A stretch of DNA of 61,688 bases, the filler included, from Choristocarpus tenellus KU-1152 (lineage: Eukaryota; Protista; Phaeophyceae): NCBI GenBank assembly GCA_964200185.2. It is 11 parts of 11 records of this genome, joined end to end, with 100 filler letters (N's around TTAATTAATTAA, not from the genome) between each part and the next. Parts side by side here need not be neighbours in the genome. Positions count along the whole stretch, not along the records: positions 55,993 to 61,688 come from CAXNAD020009983.1; 10 more parts are not named here. The stretch is one strand, 5' to 3'. The notes below the pieces were generated by a model that saw only the letters and a program-made list of their open reading frames with translations, did not search any database and was not told the origin of the DNA. A program made the position numbers and the translations under genes. Positions 58,726 through 61,688 of this stretch are shown piece by piece. The first letter of the stretch is position 1. Every line of letters begins with the position of its first letter.

Positions 58726-60136
58726 TGGCTCCCCCAGGATGTTTTAACAGGTAGCTGCTTTAAGACAAAATAGATGTTGGAGCCAGGAGTGGTAAATGCA
58801 GGGTAGAGACAACAGAGGGTGTAGTTTACTCACTCTCCTTAATGGAGATTTATGATCTTCCTGAAGCTTTCTTTAGTAGATTTGTTTTAGTGCGCTAATT
58901 GTTGAATCGTATTCAGGTCTCAATCAGTGTGTTTGTATCACCTGGCTGCTTCTATTGTGCACAAAAAGTTCCCCAATTCATGTTTTTGGGGTTATCTTCC
59001 AGAAACAATCATCTATCCATACTGCACTGGGAGTTTTCTTGGCGTTGAAACTAAAAGGATTGTGGGCACAGGCACAGACTAAGCAAGTTGAAGGTTTCTT
59101 CACTAGTAGGTTCACAGAGGTTGTATGAGTTGTAGAGCAGAGAAGTAGACCATTGTGTCTTTGAAATAAAAACAAAATAAGAGACAGTCGATGTTTGTGA
59201 AAGCAGATAGTATATAGGCAAAGTATCTGATCGTCTCCCTTTTTTCTATTTGTTGCTCCAACTAAAGATACAGATTTATTTGTTTTTCAGTCTTTGCATT
59301 TTTTTCCATCCTTGCCCTACCTACACCTTCAAGGGAAAAATCGCCTTGTTTTCAACCCTATTCCTTACCAGTTTTATTTGGGAAGGGTCCAAACAAAATT
59401 AATGAGAGAGTATTAGTCTAGTCAGAAAAATTTTGTGGGGTTGATTGATGCCTTATTTTCCCTTCACTCTTGTGAAGTCGAAGTCAAGAGTGTATGAGAA
59501 GGTGGTAATGTCTGTTGAGCAAATATAAAGAAAAAATATCTTGTCCTCTCAGACAAGAAAAGTTGATTGTGAAGTCTCGCTTACAGATCATTAATTTGAA
59601 GATTGTTTCAACAACCTTTAATGTCAGTTATCGCACGAGCACGGTGAAACCATATCTCCACATGTTCTCTACCTCCTGGAAACACCCCTTTCATAAAAGA
59701 AGGGGAGGTATCTACAAGAGATAGAAACAATGGGGAAGTAAAATTTCACAGCATCAGACTGAAACTGATCTGCAGGAAACAGTCACCCTCACCACACGCA
59801 CAGAAATGAGGATATCTGATAAGCTTCACACGTCCTAGAAAGGATATGTAACTGGAACAAGAGCTCCCTTTTCCTTAGTACACTTCCCCTCACTTGCAAT
59901 CTTAAAGTGACTCTAAGGGGTAATGGCACTAAGAGACAAGAAAGGTGCACAAATAGCTGCAACTAAGTATGTAAAGTGCAGACAAAACAAAATAGAGAGA
60001 AAAGTCATGAAAGATGAGACATGTGCTCCCTCTTCTATCATTTCTCATCAAAAATGTTGTTTTATCTGCAGAAGACTTCAGAGTCCTAAGCCAGCACACA
60101 CTTTTGCCCATAACCAGCACAATGCACCTAAGGTGC

Positions 60137-60761
60137 TTAAGCAACAGGCTGCTTGGAGGCCATGGGACCAAGGAACTTGTCCTTCTCCTCCTTGGTCTGG
60201 AAGCGACCATGACCAAACTTGGATGAAGTATCGATGAACTTGAGCTCCACTTGCTGTGAGGTGATGGAGGGATGGAAAGGGGGCATATTGAATGCAGTGC
60301 AATGACATTTTTCTTCTCCTTCCTTGCATCAGTCAACAAAAATGGTACCAATCATCAATGTATGTATATTTCAACACTATAAACAAACCGCAAATTGCTT
60401 TGGGATCACTTACTTCCAGGTGGATACGGCGAGAGTGAGTCATGAGCGACTTCCGCAAGGTGATACAACGCTTCTTGCAGCCAATCACACAGCCCTTAAG
60501 CATAAGCCAGTCCTCATTGATCTGAAAAATGTCAAAAGGTTAACGATATCAGATGAAGCAAAAAGTGAAAGTTGAAAAAGTAAAGTGCATGCAACTGCAA
60601 AGATGCACATTTTTTCACTGTTCTTTGATTTAGTTACAACCCACCTCGCCATAGTGGGGGAAGCCACCAAGAGGAGTGATGTGCTTCACAGTCAAGTCAG
60701 CCTCAGTCGAGGCAGATCCCACGTCTCCCTTCTTCCCAATGCGGTAAATCTTTTTGTTGAG
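60137..60761 (-). CDS. RPL3: 60S ribosomal protein L3 (uL3), last three exons
   Basis: Exons 60761-60645 (LNKKIYRIG...[12 protein letters not shown]), 60521-60414 ([26 protein letters not shown]) and 60253-60137 ([26 protein letters not shown]...*), all phase 0. Mostly missed by the ORF track. Confidence 0.97.
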
Positions 60762-61277
60762 CTGTGACGCGGTTTAGGTGGCATACTTTAGATTTGATAT
60801 TTTAATGTGAATTGCCTACAGCACTTACCAAAAAAACACAACAAATAATAAGCAAACTTGATTTCAAAAAGAGTGTCTTTTAGTAGAGCAAGGGGTGCTC
60901 ACACTGGCTAGCAATAACAACAAATCATTATAATGTATCATCATCTGAAGTATATACTGTAACTGGCCGTCCACAAAAGAGAAGTTTTTAATTCAACGCT
61001 CAATACACTACTCCAAGAAAAACATTTACCAGTGCTAAACCTTAAATGAAAGGATATAATTAGTTCTTTCCCTATTTGTACTCAATCCCTCAGTCAACAT
61101 GTAGTGTCCATGGTGCACACTCAACACAATTGTTGTGTTATGTGTCCTTAACACTGGAAACGAAAACATCCTCTATCTACATTTGTGCTACCTCTGTCTA
61201 GTGCCTGTATCGCACAGGTTCCAAGACACACCAAACTTAAGTTGCATAGTCATCATCTTGCGAAGTGTTGTAATGCG

Positions 61278-61485
61278 TAGTGCATAACACTGTGTTTTCA
61301 ATAACACATGGCACGTAACATGGTGTAATCAATACCACATAGTGCATAACACTGTGTTATCGATAACACATGGTGCATAACACTGTGTTTTCAATAACAC
61401 ACGACACGTAACATGGTGTAAATCAAACACCACATAGTGCATGACACAGTGCTATCAATAATGTGTTATTAAGAACACAGTGTTA
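61278..61485. repeat. 31-bp two-variant tandem array with internal palindrome and an inverted terminal unit
   Basis: Units at 61278, 61309, 61340, 61371, 61402 and 61435. Perfect 18-bp palindrome TGTGTTATCGATAACACA at 61353-61370. Inverted unit at 61462-61485. Confidence 0.9.
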
Positions 61486-61594
61486 CAGAAGTGTTACATT
61501 GTCCAAGGTGTGTGGCACAGTGTGGAGTCTGGTAGAACTTATTTTTTTTCTTTTTTGATGAATTAGATGGACTAAGGGAGGTCAGCTTGAATGA

Positions 61595-61672
61595 TAGGGT
61601 TAGGATTAGGGATAGGGGCAGGGGCAGGGGCAGGGGCAGGGGCAGGGGCAGGGGCAGGGGCAGGGGCAGGCA
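61595..61672 (+). repeat. Degenerate TTAGGG-like units followed by (GGGGCA)9; G-quadruplex-prone
   Basis: TAGGGTTAGGATTAGGGATA, then nine GGGGCA units at 61615-61668. Confidence 0.9.
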
Positions 61673-61688
61673 CCTCCCTATTCCGTCT

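Noticed and set aside
60335-60362. Box C/D snoRNA in an RPL3 intron (minus-strand TGATGA...CTGA)
   Set aside because: Only ~30 nt from box C to box D, too short for a guide snoRNA.
61192-61212. Minus-strand RYRH*TE|GT as the preceding RPL3 exon
   Set aside because: It contains an in-frame stop and there is no further RPL3 similarity upstream, so it is probably coincidence.
61278-61485. CRISPR-like repeat-spacer array
   Set aside because: The intervening B units are near-copies of each other and related to A. There are no unique spacers and no cas genes, and the context is a eukaryotic intron.

Overview
This is eukaryotic, intron-rich, repeat-rich DNA. It is not one locus: about 11 unrelated contigs are joined by ten artificial 100-nt linkers (44N-TTAATTAATTAA-44N), so adjacency across linkers has no biological meaning. 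Gene content and intron style point to a stramenopile, probably a brown alga (inference). Spliced genes reconstructed with phase-consistent GT-AG junctions: a complete VPS25 (minus strand, 175 aa); a complete-looking 729-aa protein with an IFT54/TRAF3IP1-type N-terminal domain and an unrelated C-terminus; and 3' parts of a GH88 unsaturated glucuronyl hydrolase (with a 25-nt microexon), RPL3, a Ser/Thr kinase, a WDR24-like GATOR2 subunit (poly-His tail) and a brown-algal repeat-domain protein. The rest is mostly transposons. There are two MITE families sharing a TIR core AAAGTATCT, one of which lies at many contig breaks. There is a 712-bp solo-LTR family with a perfect 5-bp TSD and multiple nesting. 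There are also a TIR-bounded DD39D mariner-like element, pogo, hAT and PIF/Harbinger relics, a chromodomain-bearing Ty3/Gypsy integrase with PPT and LTR, a Gypsy gag-protease region, and decayed Copia, RTE and REL-type LINE remnants. I found no CRISPR array, Fanzor/TnpB, rRNA or intact tRNA. No single complete new system can be demonstrated from the sequence. The best leads are the IFT54-domain chimera, the GH88 gene, the two-family MITE system and the palindromic 31-bp array in the RPL3 intron.
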